Shown here: positions 49,177-62,526 of the stretch, one piece after another
How the letters are laid out: every line of letters starts with the position of its first letter
How positions within the stretch are numbered: the first letter of the stretch is position 1
Origin: Eledone cirrhosa
Lineage: Eukaryota
Direction of reading: 5' to 3'
NCBI GenBank assembly: GCA_964016885.1
Contig: OZ024743.1
Span: 372,868,001 to 372,932,000, forward strand
DNA length: 64,000 nt
Position numbers and translations under genes: made by a program
The notes under the pieces: generated by a model
What the model saw: only the letters and a program-made list of their open reading frames with translations
Told to the model about the DNA's origin: nothing
The model's database searches: none

Positions 49177-52100
49177 TTAACGTCCGTGTTCCACGCTTGC
49201 ATGGGTTTGGACGGGGGTAGTCCCACTTGAGGCAAGAGTGATTGTCTTGCTCGCATAGGACTGTCTGGCAGGTTTTCTACAGTTGGATGCCCTTCCTAAC
49301 ACCAACCACATTTACAGTGTGGGGCTGGGAGGTTTTTACCGTGTTGCCTACACGGCCACATTACAGCATGGACTGTGTGTTTTTTTGTCGTGACACCTAC
49401 ACGATCTCATTTGTTTCGGCCTGGATGGCGCGGCACCAACATAACTTTACATAGAACGGGGTGGTGTGGATGGGGTGGGGGTGGTGGCGGGACAGGGTGT
49501 ATTTTGTTAGAGATGCCTACTGGCAAGGCGGGTCTTCTCTGTTACTGAGTACCGCCAAAGGTCTCGGTCCAGTGACATTGTCTTGGAGAGGTGTAAGTGT
49601 GTGAGGTCGGAGTTTATCAGCTCATCCCAGGTTTTTCTAGGTCTGCCTATTCCGTGGCTACCGTCTATCTTTATTGCCCTGCACTTTGTTATACAGCTAT
49701 CGACTTTCATGCGCATCACGTGTCCATACCAACGCAGCCTTCTCTCGAGTAAACAACATCTGATCCCTCTTATCTCTAATTTTTTCCTTAGTTCGTTTAT
49801 GCTTTGCCATTCACGTATATTACTGTTACACATCCAGCGGAGCATGCAAGCTTCGTTCCTCTCTAGTCTGCGTATATCCTCTGCACACAATGCCCAGGTC
49901 TCACTACCATGCAACATTGCTGTTCGTATGCAGGCATCGTACCACCTGCCTTTCATTTTTAGGGAGAACCCTTTAGCAGCTAATAGTGGTATAAGCTCTC
50001 TGAACTTTTTCCAACCAGTTCTGACTCTAGCTACAGTACTTTCAGAGCACCCTCCCCCACTGCTGATTTTATCGCCCAAGTAACGGAAGCTGTCCACTAT
50101 TTCTATAGAACCCTCTGCGCAATTGAAAGAGCTAGTATTTTGTGGGCACTTGCTGCTACTTATTGCACCAGAACACCGGCCACATGTAAAATCTATGTTC
50201 TTAGTTAGCTTACCTGTGATCCCACTACATCTTTTATGCACCCATACTTTGCATTTAGGACATAAAATGGAGTTTCTACCTACGCCTTTCCTACACACCG
50301 AGCACGACCATTTCCCAGAAGGGACCGCCGCCTTGTTTTCTTTCCTACAAACTAGAACTTTGGTCTTAGCCGGGTTAATTTTAAGTCCTTTTGACTCTAG
50401 GCCGTGCTTCCATGTTTGGAATTTCTTCTCTAGCTCGGCCATTGATTCCGCTATGAGTGTCAGGTCGTCTGCGTATAGGAGTTCCCATGGGCAGCCTGTC
50501 TTGAACTCCTCTGTTATAGCCTGAAGGGCAATAATAAATAGTAGGGGGCTGAGAACAGAGCCCTGATGGACGCCAACTTTTACGCTAAACTCTTCACTAT
50601 ATTCGTTGTTAATTCTAACCTTGCTGACTGTTTCTTTATACATGACTTGTATAGCCCTCACAAGCCATTCGTCAACGCCTAGTTTTCTAAGAGCCTACCA
50701 GATAATGGAGCGGGGGACTCTGTCGAAGGCTTTCTCCAGGTCGACAAAAGCTAAGTAGAGGGGTTTACCTTTAGCTAGGTACTTCTCCTGTAGTTGTCGT
50801 ACTATGAAAAGAGCGTCTGTGGTGCTTTTGCCTGACACAAACCCGAACTGCATTTCATCTAGGTCAATTCTCTCTCTGATTAGTTGCGCTATTACTTTTT
50901 CCGTGACCTTCATGACCTGGTCGATTAATTTAATGCCTCTATAGTTACTCCTATCTAGGGCGTCTCCTTTACCCTTATAACAGTTAACGATGATGCTGCT
51001 ATGCCAGTCCTTCGGAACAACCCCATTCTGTACTACTTGGTTAACTATGCGGGTGACCATGGTGTGTCCCACCGTGCCAGATGCCTTCAGCATCTCAGCA
51101 ACTATTTCCGAAGGCCCAGCCGCCTTACCCGTCTTCATATCCTTGATTGCCTTACTTATTATACTCCCCTCGACTAACACTGCTGGTCCCTCTATTGGGT
51201 CGATATGGGGGAGACTGTCTTTCTCCCATTTATTCTCCTCATTTAGTAGCCTTTCATAGTGACACTTCCAAGCTACCTTCTTATCAGTGTCGGTGATGGC
51301 AAGTATGCCATCATCGTTAAGTACACACTTCTCCCCGACAATATCACGGTTTTCCTTGACGCATTGCCTAGCAATCCTGAACACCTCACGTTTTTGGTCC
51401 TCGCGTTGTAGAACATGCTTGAACTTTCTTTCCTCAGCTTCCCTTCTTGCTAAGTACACTTCTCTCCTAGCTTCCCTCCTGGCCACTTGATAGTCTACTC
51501 TACTTCCCCCATCCCGCCATACTTTCCAAGCCTGCTTTTTGGCCTTAATTGACCCCTCCACCCTACTGTTCCACCACCATGTTACTCTCCTCCTGCCTAC
51601 AGGCCTGCTCCAGCCACAGACTTCGTCTGTCGCCAACAGCAGGTTTGCTTTCAGAAATTCCCACTGTCCCTCTATATTGTCCGATTCTAGATGCTCTTCC
51701 TTACTGTCGAAAGCATCAAGTAATATGCTTTGAAATTTATTTCTGGCTGTGGGGTCCTTTAGTTTCCATATTTTCCTCCTGAGGATAGTCCTCTTCTGCT
51801 GTCGAGTACGTCTCGTCCTGACTATGAGGTCGCTAATTATCAGTCTATGTTGGGAGGTGCATTCTTCATGGGGGAGGGATTTAGTGTTTACAACAGACAC
51901 TCTGTCACGTCTTCTGGTAAGGATATAATCTACCTGGCTTGTGTGTTCCCCGGATCTATAGGTGATCAGGTGATTGTCACGTTTTTTGAAGTTAGTGTTA
52001 CAGATAGTTAGGTTATTTGCATCACAGAATTCCAGGATTCTGGAGCCTTCCTCATTTCTAGTACCAAACCCATAGCCTCCATGGATTTCGTCGTAGCCGT

Positions 52101-52402
52101 CACAATGTTGTCCAACGTGACCATTTAGGTCGCCTGCAATAATTATATAGTCACTGTCAGATATTTGGGAGGTAGTTAGCAACAGTGTCTCATAGAATCT
52201 GTCTTTTATAGTGCCGGGCAGTCCGGATTGGGGTGCGTACGCAGATATTACTGTCACCGTAGTTCTATTGAGGACAAGTCGTATTTTAATTATTCTGTCG
52301 TTCACTCTATTTACGTCTATTATCTTATCTGCCCACTTTTCTGCTACCATGATTCCTACTCCACCCAGCCCATCGTCGTTTCCCACCCAGAAAAGCTTAT
52401 AA

Positions 52403-52406
<4 letters not shown>
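49177..52406 (-). mobile_element. RTE LINE family A, slightly 5'-truncated, one internal stop
   Basis: ORFs 50695-52386 and 49507-50661 are separated by TGG>TAG; highly similar to the 45070 copy. Confidence 0.95.
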
Positions 52407-52440
<34 letters not shown>

Positions 52441-52514
52441 CATTTTGACGTTATAGTCACTTATATATTATGAAATACTGTTGGCTTCACACTCACAATA
52501 ATTTCTATACTTTA

Positions 52515-52547
<33 letters not shown>

Positions 52548-52550
<3 letters not shown>

Positions 52551-52840
52551 TCATCATCATCACCGTTTTACGTCTGTTCTTCCACGCTAGCATGGGTTAG
52601 ACGGGTTGTCCTGTTGTGGGCAGTGTCTGGTCGGCTGACCATGCCTTGCTCATACAGGAACTGATTCTGGCTTGATTTCTACAGCTGGATGCCCTTCCTA
52701 ACACCAACCTCATTTACAGTGAGTGCTGGGTGCTTTTTCGTGGCGCCTACACGTCCACTTTACAGTGTGGGCTGGGTGCTTTTTTGCTGTGGCACCTCCA
52801 CGACCACTTTGCAGTGGGAGGGTGTGGGGGCATATTGTCT
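52548..52840 (-). mobile_element. RTE family B 3' UTR fragment
   Basis: Reverse complement matches about 62235-62530. Confidence 0.85.
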
Positions 52841-52968
52841 ATATATATATATATATATGCATATTTATATGCATACATATATATATATATGTATGTATGT
52901 TTATGTATATATGTATGTTTATATATATATGTGTATATATCACGATCATCATCATCATCGTCGTTTAA

Positions 52969-53393
52969 CCCTTTAGCATTTAAACCGGCCATATCCAGCC
53001 AGAATTCTATAACCGCTTTCTGTTCAAACAGCCTGTAACCAGCCACTCATACTTATATCAAGGTATTGTTCTCAAAATAAATAAATGTTTCTACTTTTGT
53101 CACAAGGTCAGCAATTACCCAATGCATTACCCAGTGGATTACTGGTATTTTATTTTATCGACCCCGTAAGGATGAAAGGCAAAGTTAACCCTGGCAGAAT
53201 TTGAACTAAGATCATAAAGGGTTGTAACTCTATGCATCAAAGCATGGCGTCCAACCCTCTACTGATACTGCCAATCCACTGCCCTCAAAATAAATAATAT
53301 TAAAATCTCATAGATTGTGAGATAATTATGTAAGATAAAACCTTTACCACGAAATTGCAATAGTATACATAGAGTAATGTAAATGCTAAAGGA
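52969..53393. mobile_element. piggyBac-type MITE (copy 2), interrupted by a SINE
   Basis: TTAA duplicated on both sides; TIR CCCTTTAGCATTT / AAATGCTAAAGGA. Confidence 0.8.
53085..53283 (-). mobile_element. tRNA-derived SINE (family 2) with 14-bp target site duplication (TSD)
   Basis: TSD CTCAAAATAAATAA at 53071-53084 and 53284-53297; this segment is absent from MITE copy 1. Confidence 0.82.
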
Positions 53394-53945
53394 TTAACGT
53401 CCATTTTCCACACTAGCATGGGTAGGATGGGTTAACCCTTTGGGAGAGAAGCAGCTCAGCGGATCGTGTTTCGTTCACTCAAGGCTAATTTTGGCTTAGT
53501 TTCTACAGCTAGATGCCTTTCTTAATGCCAACCATATTTACGGTGTATGCTGGGTGTTTTTTTGTTGTGTCACCTACACAACCACATTATAGTGTAGACT
53601 GGGCATTTTTTGTCATGTTGGTGACATGACCACATTACAGTGTGGACTGGGCGCTTTGGTCTTGACACATGGGGAGAGGGGGGGGGCAGTACATGGTGTG
53701 GGATGGAAACTAGGGAGGGTGGGGAAAGAAGCTTATGGTGTGGGATGGGAACTAGGAAGGGTGGGGGAGGAAGCTTGGGGAAATTGAGGACGTAGGTAAT
53801 AGGAGAGGAATGGCTTCAACAAAGGAGGTGTATGGGAGGGGAGATGGTAGAGGAAGCCTATTAGATATATGCCTCAACTCAAGCATATGGGAGGTCGGGT
53901 CTTCTGTAGTACTGCATAGTGCCAGAGGTCTTATATTGTGATGTC
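53394..53945 (-). mobile_element. Old RTE 3'-end fragment; its (CAT)n tail is displaced to 52945-52968 by the MITE
   Basis: TTAACGTCCATTTTCCACACTAGCATGGG plus degenerate UTR motifs. Confidence 0.75.
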
Positions 53946-54132
53946 TGTGGGAAGAAGTGATATATATAAAGTATGACATGTTAGTGATTCTATTATTATT
54001 ATATCTTAAGGTAAGTCATTGTTTTTAGTGATTTTATCATGTTTTTATTTAGGGCAATCACTAACAACATGGCCTATATTATAATTTGACAGAGTCGCTA
54101 ATATTTTTTATTGTAAGATGGGATGGTATTGC

Positions 54133-55123
54133 TAACATGTCTTAACTTATGATATGATAGAATCACCTACAACATGTCTTAATGTATGATATGATAGAAT
54201 CACCTACAACATGTCCTAATTTATGATATGATAGAATCACCTACAACATGTCTTAATGTATATGATAGAATCACCTACAAAATGTCTTAATTTATGATAT
54301 GATAGAATCACCTACAACATGTCTTAACTTATGATATGATAGAATCACCTACATGTCTTATCGTATGATATGATAAAATCACCTACAGCATGTCTTAACT
54401 TATGAAAGAATCACCAACATGTTTTACCTTATGATATGATAGGCTTATATCAGAAGGAGTGTGAAATGCATATTTATACTTTTCAGTAATTACAGATGAG
54501 TTGGAACATTTACCGACACTTGTATCACATATAAAAGTACTATTTAATACTTGTAAGGAAATACCTATGTCCGTGGTGATTCTTCCTTTATACTTGCAAC
54601 AACAGGCTTCTGATATCCATATATAAATAATTATGCCTTCAACACTCAATACGTTATATAAACATTTATTGTTCATAGGCCAAATACATAAACGCACACA
54701 AGGATATTAAAATATATAAACAGTAACTAGCCAGTTAGCTGAGGCTAGAAAGAAACTTCCTAGAACAATGCAGGAAATGCTAAATACATCTTTGTAGATA
54801 ATATTCAGTACCTCTTCATAGGCAAATATGTAAGACATATTCAGTAGTACGTCTTCTCATGTTGGCAGTCAGAAAATTCTCTCTGGTCTACTAGAAAATT
54901 TACTAGAATGGGAGCAACAATGTATTCATGCGTGACTTACGCGATTGGTCAATTTAACCAAATCGCGCATGAAATATTGTTATTGTAAGGTATGAAGTAG
55001 TGCCGCTACAGACTCACATACAACATGTCTTAACTTATGATATGATAGACTCATGTACAATATGTCTTAACTTATGATATAAAATCACCTACAGCATGTT
55101 GTAAATTATGATATGATAGAATC
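54133..55123 (+). repeat. ~35-bp minisatellite (GAATCACCTACAACATGTCTTAACTTATGATATGATA), left part, interrupted at about 54443-55008
   Basis: Directly visible tandem units. Confidence 0.9.
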
Positions 55124-58100
55124 TAATCTACGAAGGTATTTTAGCCTACATATTGTCGTTAATATTATGATGTTCCCTGCTGTATTAGCGTTAAATTTTC
55201 CCTGCTGTATTAGCGATAAATTTTCGAGGGTTTCTCTTAGTAGCTTTTTCATGTCGTTAATATTATGATGTTCCCTGCTGTATTAGCGTTAAATTTTCCC
55301 TGCTGTATTAGCGATAAATTTTCGAGGGTTTCTCTTAGTAGCTTTTTCATGTCGTTAATATTATGATGTTCCCTGCTGTATTAGCGTTAAATTTTCCCTG
55401 CTGTATTAGCGATAAATTTTCGAGGGTTTCTCTTAGTAGCTTTTTTCATGACGTTATTATTGTTAATTTTACTGATGTAGTATTAACTTGGATATTTACC
55501 ATGCGACCCTCAGTTCCTACCCCCCCCCCCCCCCTCTATGCACTTCTTTAAGGCTTACTACCCTGTCTTTAACCTAATTCATTCAATCTGAAAATATTGA
55601 AGAGATAAGACACTTTGCCATTCTTCTCTGCTAAAATGTACCACTGAGCTGATTCAAATTTTCCCAGCCAGCCATCCACCTAATCTACGAAGGTATTTTA
55701 GCCTACATATTGTCGTTAATATTATGATGTTCCCTGCTGTATTAGCGTTAAATTTTCCCTGCTGTATTAGCGATAAATTTTCGAGGGTTTCTCTTAGTAG
55801 CTTTTTCATGTCGTTAATATTATGATGTTCCCTGCTGTATTAGCGTTAAATTTTCCCTGCTGTATTAGCGATAAATTTTCGAGGGTTTCTCTTAGTAGCT
55901 TTTTCATGTCGTTAATATTATGATGTTCCCTGCTGTATTAGCGTTAAATTTTCCCTGCTGTATTAGCGATAAATTTTCGAGGGTTTCTCTTAGTAGCTTT
56001 TTTCATGACGTTATTATTGTTAATTTTACTGATGTAGTATTAACTTGGATATTTACCATGCGACCCTCAGTTCCTACCCCCCCCCCCCCCCCTCTATGCA
56101 CTTCTTTAAGGCTTACTACCCTGTCTTTAACCTAATTCATTCAATCTGAAAATATTGAAGAGATAAGACACTTTGCCATTCTTCTCTGCTAAAATGTACC
56201 ACTGAGCTGATTCAAATTTTCCCAGCCAGCCATCCACCTAATCTACGAAGGTATTTTAGCCTACATATTGTCGTTAATATTATGATGTTCCCTGCTGTAT
56301 TAGCGTTAAATTTTCCCTGCTGTATTAGCGATAAATTTTCGAGGGTTTCTCTTAGTAGCTTTTTCATGTCGTTAATATTATGATGTTCCCTGCTGTATTA
56401 GCGTTAAATTTTCCCTGCTGTATTAGCGATAAATTTTCGAGGGTTTCTCTTAGTAGCTTTTTCATGTCGTTAATATTATGATGTTCCCTGCTGTATTAGC
56501 GTTAAATTTTCCCTGCTGTATTAGCGATAAATTTTCGAGGGTTTCTCTTAGTAGCTTTTTTCATGACGTTATTATTGTTAATTTTACTGATGTAGTATTA
56601 ACTTGGATATTTACCATGCGACCCTCAGTTCCTACCCCCCCCCCCCCCCTCTATGCACTTCTTTAAGGCTTACTACCCTGTCTTTAACCTAATTCATTCA
56701 ATCTGAAAATATTGAAGAGATAAGACACTTTGCCATTCTTCTCTGCTAAAATGTACCACTGAGCTGATTCAAATTTTCCCAGCCAGCCATCCACCTAATC
56801 TACGAAGGTATTTTAGCCTACATATTGTCGTTAATATTATGATGTTCCCTGCTGTATTAGCGTTAAATTTTCCCTGCTGTATTAGCGATAAATTTTCGAG
56901 GGTTTCTCTTAGTAGCTTTTTCATGTCGTTAATATTATGATGTTCCCTGCTGTATTAGCGTTAAATTTTCCCTGCTGTATTAGCGATAAATTTTCGAGGG
57001 TTTCTCTTAGTAGCTTTTTCATGTCGTTAATATTATGATGTTCCCTGCTGTATTAGCGTTAAATTTTCCCTGCTGTATTAGCGATAAATTTTCGAGGGTT
57101 TCTCTTAGTAGCTTTTTTCATGACGTTATTATTGTTAATTTTACTGATGTAGTATTAACTTGGATATTTACCATGCGACCCTCAGTTCCTACCCCCCCCC
57201 CCCCCTCTATGCACTTCTTTAAGGCTTACTACCCTGTCTTTAACCTAATTCATTCAATCTGAAAATATTGAAGAGATAAGACACTTTGCCATTCTTCTCT
57301 GCTAAAATGTACCACTGAGCTGATTCAAATTTTCCCAGCCAGCCATCCACCTAATCTACGAAGGTATTTTAGCCTACATATTGTCGTTAATATTATGATG
57401 TTCCCTGCTGTATTAGCGTTAAATTTTCCCTGCTGTATTAGCGATAAATTTTCGAGGGTTTCTCTTAGTAGCTTTTTCATGTCGTTAATATTATGATGTT
57501 CCCTGCTGTATTAGCGTTAAATTTTCCCTGCTGTATTAGCGATAAATTTTCGAGGGTTTCTCTTAGTAGCTTTTTCATGTCGTTAATATTATGATGTTCC
57601 CTGCTGTATTAGCGTTAAATTTTCCCTGCTGTATTAGCGATAAATTTTCGAGGGTTTCTCTTAGTAGCTTTTTTCATGACGTTATTATTGTTAATTTTAC
57701 TGATGTAGTATTAACTTGGATATTTACCATGCGACCCTCAGTTCCTACCCCCCCCCCCCTCTATGCACTTCTTTAAGGCTTACTACCCTGTCTTTAACCT
57801 AATTCATTCAATCTGAAAATATTGAAGAGATAAGACACTTTGCCATTCTTCTCTGCTAAAATGTACCACTGAGCTGATTCAAATTTTCCCAGCCAGCCAT
57901 CCACCTAATCTACGAAGGTATTTTAGCCTACATATTGTCGTTAATATTATGATGTTCCCTGCTGTATTAGCGTTAAATTTTCCCTGCTGTATTAGCGATA
58001 AATTTTCGAGGGTTTCTCTTAGTAGCTTTTTCATGTCGTTAATATTATGATGTTCCCTGCTGTATTAGCGTTAAATTTTCCCTGCTGTATTAGCGATAAA

Positions 58101-58857
58101 TTTTCGAGGGTTTCTCTTAGTAGCTTTTTCATGTCGTTAATATTATGATGTTCCCTGCTGTATTAGCGTTAAATTTTCCCTGCTGTATTAGCGATAAATT
58201 TTCGAGGGTTTCTCTTAGTAGCTTTTTTCATGACGTTATTATTGTTAATTTTACTGATGTAGTATTAACTTGGATATTTACCATGCGACCCTCAGTTCCT
58301 ACCCCCCCCCCCCTCTATGCACTTCTTTAAGGCTTACTACCCTGTCTTTAACCTAATTCATTCAATCTGAAAATATTGAAGAGATAAGACACTTTGCCAT
58401 TCTTCTCTGCTAAAATGTACCACTGAGCTGATTCAAATTTTCCCAGCCAGCCATCCACCTAATCTACGAAGGTATTTTAGCCTACATATTGTCGTTAATA
58501 TTATGATGTTCCCTGCTGTATTAGCGTTAAATTTTCCCTGCTGTATTAGCGATAAATTTTCGAGGGTTTCTCTTAGTAGCTTTTTCATGTCGTTAATATT
58601 ATGATGTTCCCTGCTGTATTAGCGTTAAATTTTCCCTGCTGTATTAGCGATAAATTTTCGAGGGTTTCTCTTAGTAGCTTTTTCATGTCGTTAATATTAT
58701 GATGTTCCCTGCTGTATTAGCGTTAAATTTTCCCTGCTGTATTAGCGATAAATTTTCGAGGGTTTCTCTTAGTAGCTTTTTTCATGACGTTATTATTGTT
58801 AATTTTACTGATGTAGTATTAACTTGGATATTTACCATGCGACCCTCAGTTCCTACC
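55123..58857 (+). repeat. Tandem array of 554-558-bp monomers (6 full + 1 partial), each with three 98-bp subunits containing two ~26-bp repeats
   Basis: Units start at 55123, 55680, 56238, 56795, 57351, 57905 and 58459; the only visible difference is poly-C length. Confidence 0.97.
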
Positions 58858-61800
58858 TCACAATTTCCCTCCCCCCCACCCCCACACACCACCATAGTCT
58901 ATTCGACCAATCAAACCTAGCATGCCATTTCCACTGCTGCTGCTGCTGCTGCTACTACCTGCCTAACTAACTCTCTCCCCCTCTGGCGCATCCCAACACA
59001 CCCTGCCATTACCCCACCACCACTGTCCTTCTAGCCCTCAATTTTCCCACCGTTATGGATGGATGAGCTGGGAATACACGAGCAACTCTGAATCAATAGA
59101 TGAAATATGAATCTGCGAGCTACCAAGCACCCACGTGAAGCGCCAACCCAGAGACCCTCCCCTACGAGTGTCGACAAATGCCCAAAACTCCGAGTTGGTA
59201 CCATCAATGTAGGCTCAATGAAAGGAAGAGCAGGAGAAATCGTAGAAATGCTAGAGCGAAAGGAAGTTGATGTATGCTGTGTGCAAGAGACTAGATGGAG
59301 AGGAGGGTCTGCTAGAGTCCTTGTAGGAAAAAGCCAGTGCTACAAATTTTTCTGGGTGGGAAATGACGATGGGATGGGTGGTGTAGGTATACTATTAGCT
59401 GACAAGTGGGTAGATAAAGTAATCTCAGTGTACAGGGTAAATGCAAGAATCATTAAACTCAGACTAGTCCTGAATAAGACAATTACCACAATAATATCAG
59501 CTTACGCACCCCAATCGGGGCTGCCAGACGAACTTAAGGATAGGTTTTACGAGTCCCTAATACACACTACTGCTCTAACAGACGACAAGGACTTCCTAAT
59601 CATTGCAGGAGATTTTAACGGACACGTAGGTAAACACTGCGACGGCTTCAATAGAGTACATGGAGGCCATGGAGTTGGCACAAGGAATGAGGAAGGATTC
59701 AGACTTCTAGAATTCTGCGACGCCAATGACATGTCGATATGTAACACAAACTTTAAAAAACCCGACAACCACCTGATCACCTATAGATCAGGGGAGCACT
59801 CTAGTCAGTTAGATTTTATCCTCATCAGAGGACGTGACAGATGGACGGTCGTAAACACAAAAGCCTTCCCTAGTGAGGAATGTACATCCCAACATAGCTT
59901 AGTTGTCAGCGACCTCACGGTCAGAACTAGACGAGCCCTGAAACAGAGGCCAACCTGGAGAAGAAAGATCTGGAAGCTGAAAGTCCCCTCAACCAGTAAC
60001 AGATTTAAAGATATTTTACTCAACGCCTACGACAGTAAAGAAGAACAGATAGAGACATTTAACGTAGAAGAGAACTGGGAGTTCCTAAAAAATAACTTAC
60101 TAGAGGCGACGGATGAGGTTTGTGGCTGGAGTAAGACCTCAAGCAGGAGGAGAGTGACTTGGTGGTGGAACAATAAGGTAGATGAAGCAGTCAAGGCCAA
60201 GAGACAGGCATGGAAAGAATGGAAGAACGGGGGGAGCAGGGTACATTACATAGAGACCAAGAGGGAAGCTAGGCGACAAGTATACTTAGCTAGGAGGGAA
60301 GCAGAGGATAGAAAATTCAAGCATGTTTTACAACGTGAGGACCAGAAACAGGAGGTATTCAAGATTGCGAGGCAGTGTGTCAGAGATAGTTGTGATGTCA
60401 TTGGAGAGAAGTGTATCCGGAATGATAAAGGTGAGCTTGCCCTCACAAGTGCTGAGAAGAAAGATGCATGGAAGAGTCATTATGATAGATTACTAAATGA
60501 GGAGAATGCATGGGAAGAAGAGACCCTACCCCACGTAGACCCTATAGAGGGACCAGCAGTACAAGTCAGCGGCAGCGTAGTAAGTAAGGCAATCAGAGAT
60601 ATGAAGATAGGGAAGGCAACCGGTCCATCGGGTATAGCTGCCGAGATGCTGAAGGCATCTGGGTCTGTAGGTCACACTATAACCACACGTATCGTTAACC
60701 AGGTAATACTAGAGGGGGCCATACCAAAAGATTGGTGCAGTAGCATCATTGTCAACTGCTACAAAGGTAAAGGCGATGCACTAGATAGAGGAAACTATAG
60801 AGGTATAAAGTTGATGGACCAGGTCATGAAAGTAACAGAAAGAGTTATAGCACAGCTGATTAGGGACCGGGTGAATATAGACGAGATGCAATTTGGGTTT
60901 GTTCCAGGGAAAGGCACCACTGATGCGCTCTTCCTTGTGAGGCAATTACAGGAAAAGTACCTAGCTAAAAGTAAGCCACTCTACTTGGCATTTGTCGACC
61001 TTGAGAAAGCCTTTGACAGAGTTCCACGTGCAGTAATCTGGTGGGCTCTTAGAAAACTAGGAGTAGATGAATGGCTTGTGAAAGCGGTACAAGCCATGTA
61101 TAGGGGAGCAGTCAGCAAAGTTAGGATTGGCAATGAGTATAGCGAGGAATTTAGCGTACAGGTTGGGGTCCACCAGGGCTCTGTTCTTAGCCCTCTCCTG
61201 TTCATCATAGTCCTGCAGGCAATAACGGAGGAGTTTAAGACCGGATGCCCATGGGAACTCCTGTATGCTGATGACCTCGCACTCATAGCTGAATCTATGG
61301 TAGAACTAGAGAATAAATTCCAAACCTGGAAGCAGGGACTAGAGAGAAAGGGCCTCAAAGTCAACATGACAAAGACTAAGGTCCTTATAAGTAGACGAGA
61401 AAACAGAACCCAGATCCCCTCAGGGAAATGGCCTTGCTCAGTATGTAGGAAAGGTGTAGGTAGGAACTCCATTCTTTGCCCCAAATGCAAACAATGGGTA
61501 CACAAGAGATGTAGCGGGATCTCAGGAAGCTTAATTAAGAATGTAGGATTCACATGCAGCAGCTGTGCTGAAACAGCAAGCAAACAGCCACAGGAAACAA
61601 GTACCACCAATCTCTGGGAGGGCCCTGTAGAAACAGTAGACAGCTTCTGCTACCTAGGTGACCGAATTAGCAACGGAGGTGGGTGCTCAGAAAGTACAAT
61701 AACTAGGGTAAGAACGGGATGGAAGAAGTTTAGGGAACTACTACCACTGCTAGCTGCAAAAGGCTTCTCCCTCAGAATGAAAGGCAGACTGTATGATGCG

Positions 61801-62526
61801 TGTATCCGAACAGCGATGTTGCATGGTAGTGAGACCTGGGCGCTGAAGGTGGAAGACTTACGTAGATTAGAGAGAAACGAAGCCTGCATGCTCCGATGGA
61901 TGTGTAACAGTAATATACGTGAACGACAAAGCATAAATGAATTGAGAGAGAGACTGAGCATAAGAGGAATCAAATGCTGCGTGCAGGAGAGGCGGTTACG
62001 CTGGTATGGACATGTGATGCGTATGAAGGATGACAGCTGCATAAAAAGGTGCAGAGCACTAGAAGTTGATGGAAACCGCGGAGTGGGGAGACCCAAGATG
62101 ACTTGGGATGAGGTGATAAAAGCCGACCTTACCCAACTACACCTCTCAAAGTCAATGACACACGACCGTGACTTCTGGCGTCACGCAGTAATACAGGGTA
62201 CCCGACCTCCCATGGGTACATGCTGAAGCATATAAACAATATGCCCCCCCCCCCCCACCGCAAGGTGGTCGTGGAGGTGCCACGGCAAAAAAGCACCCAG
62301 CCCACACTGTAAAGTGGACGTGTAGGCGCCACGAAAAAGCACCCAGCACTCACTGTAAATGAGGTTGGTGTTAGGAAGGGCATCCAGCTGTAGAAATCAA
62401 GCCAGATCAGTTCCTGTATGAGCAAGGCATGGTCAGCCGACCAGACACTGCCCACAACAGGACAACCCGTCTAACCCATGCTAGCGTGGAAGAACGGACG
62501 TAAAACGGTGATGATGATGATGATGA

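Noticed and set aside
55363-58920. Seven repeated ~62-75-aa ORFs (MMFPAVLALNF...)
   Set aside because: By-products of the 556-bp monomer; their C-termini change with poly-C length and they show no recognisable domain.
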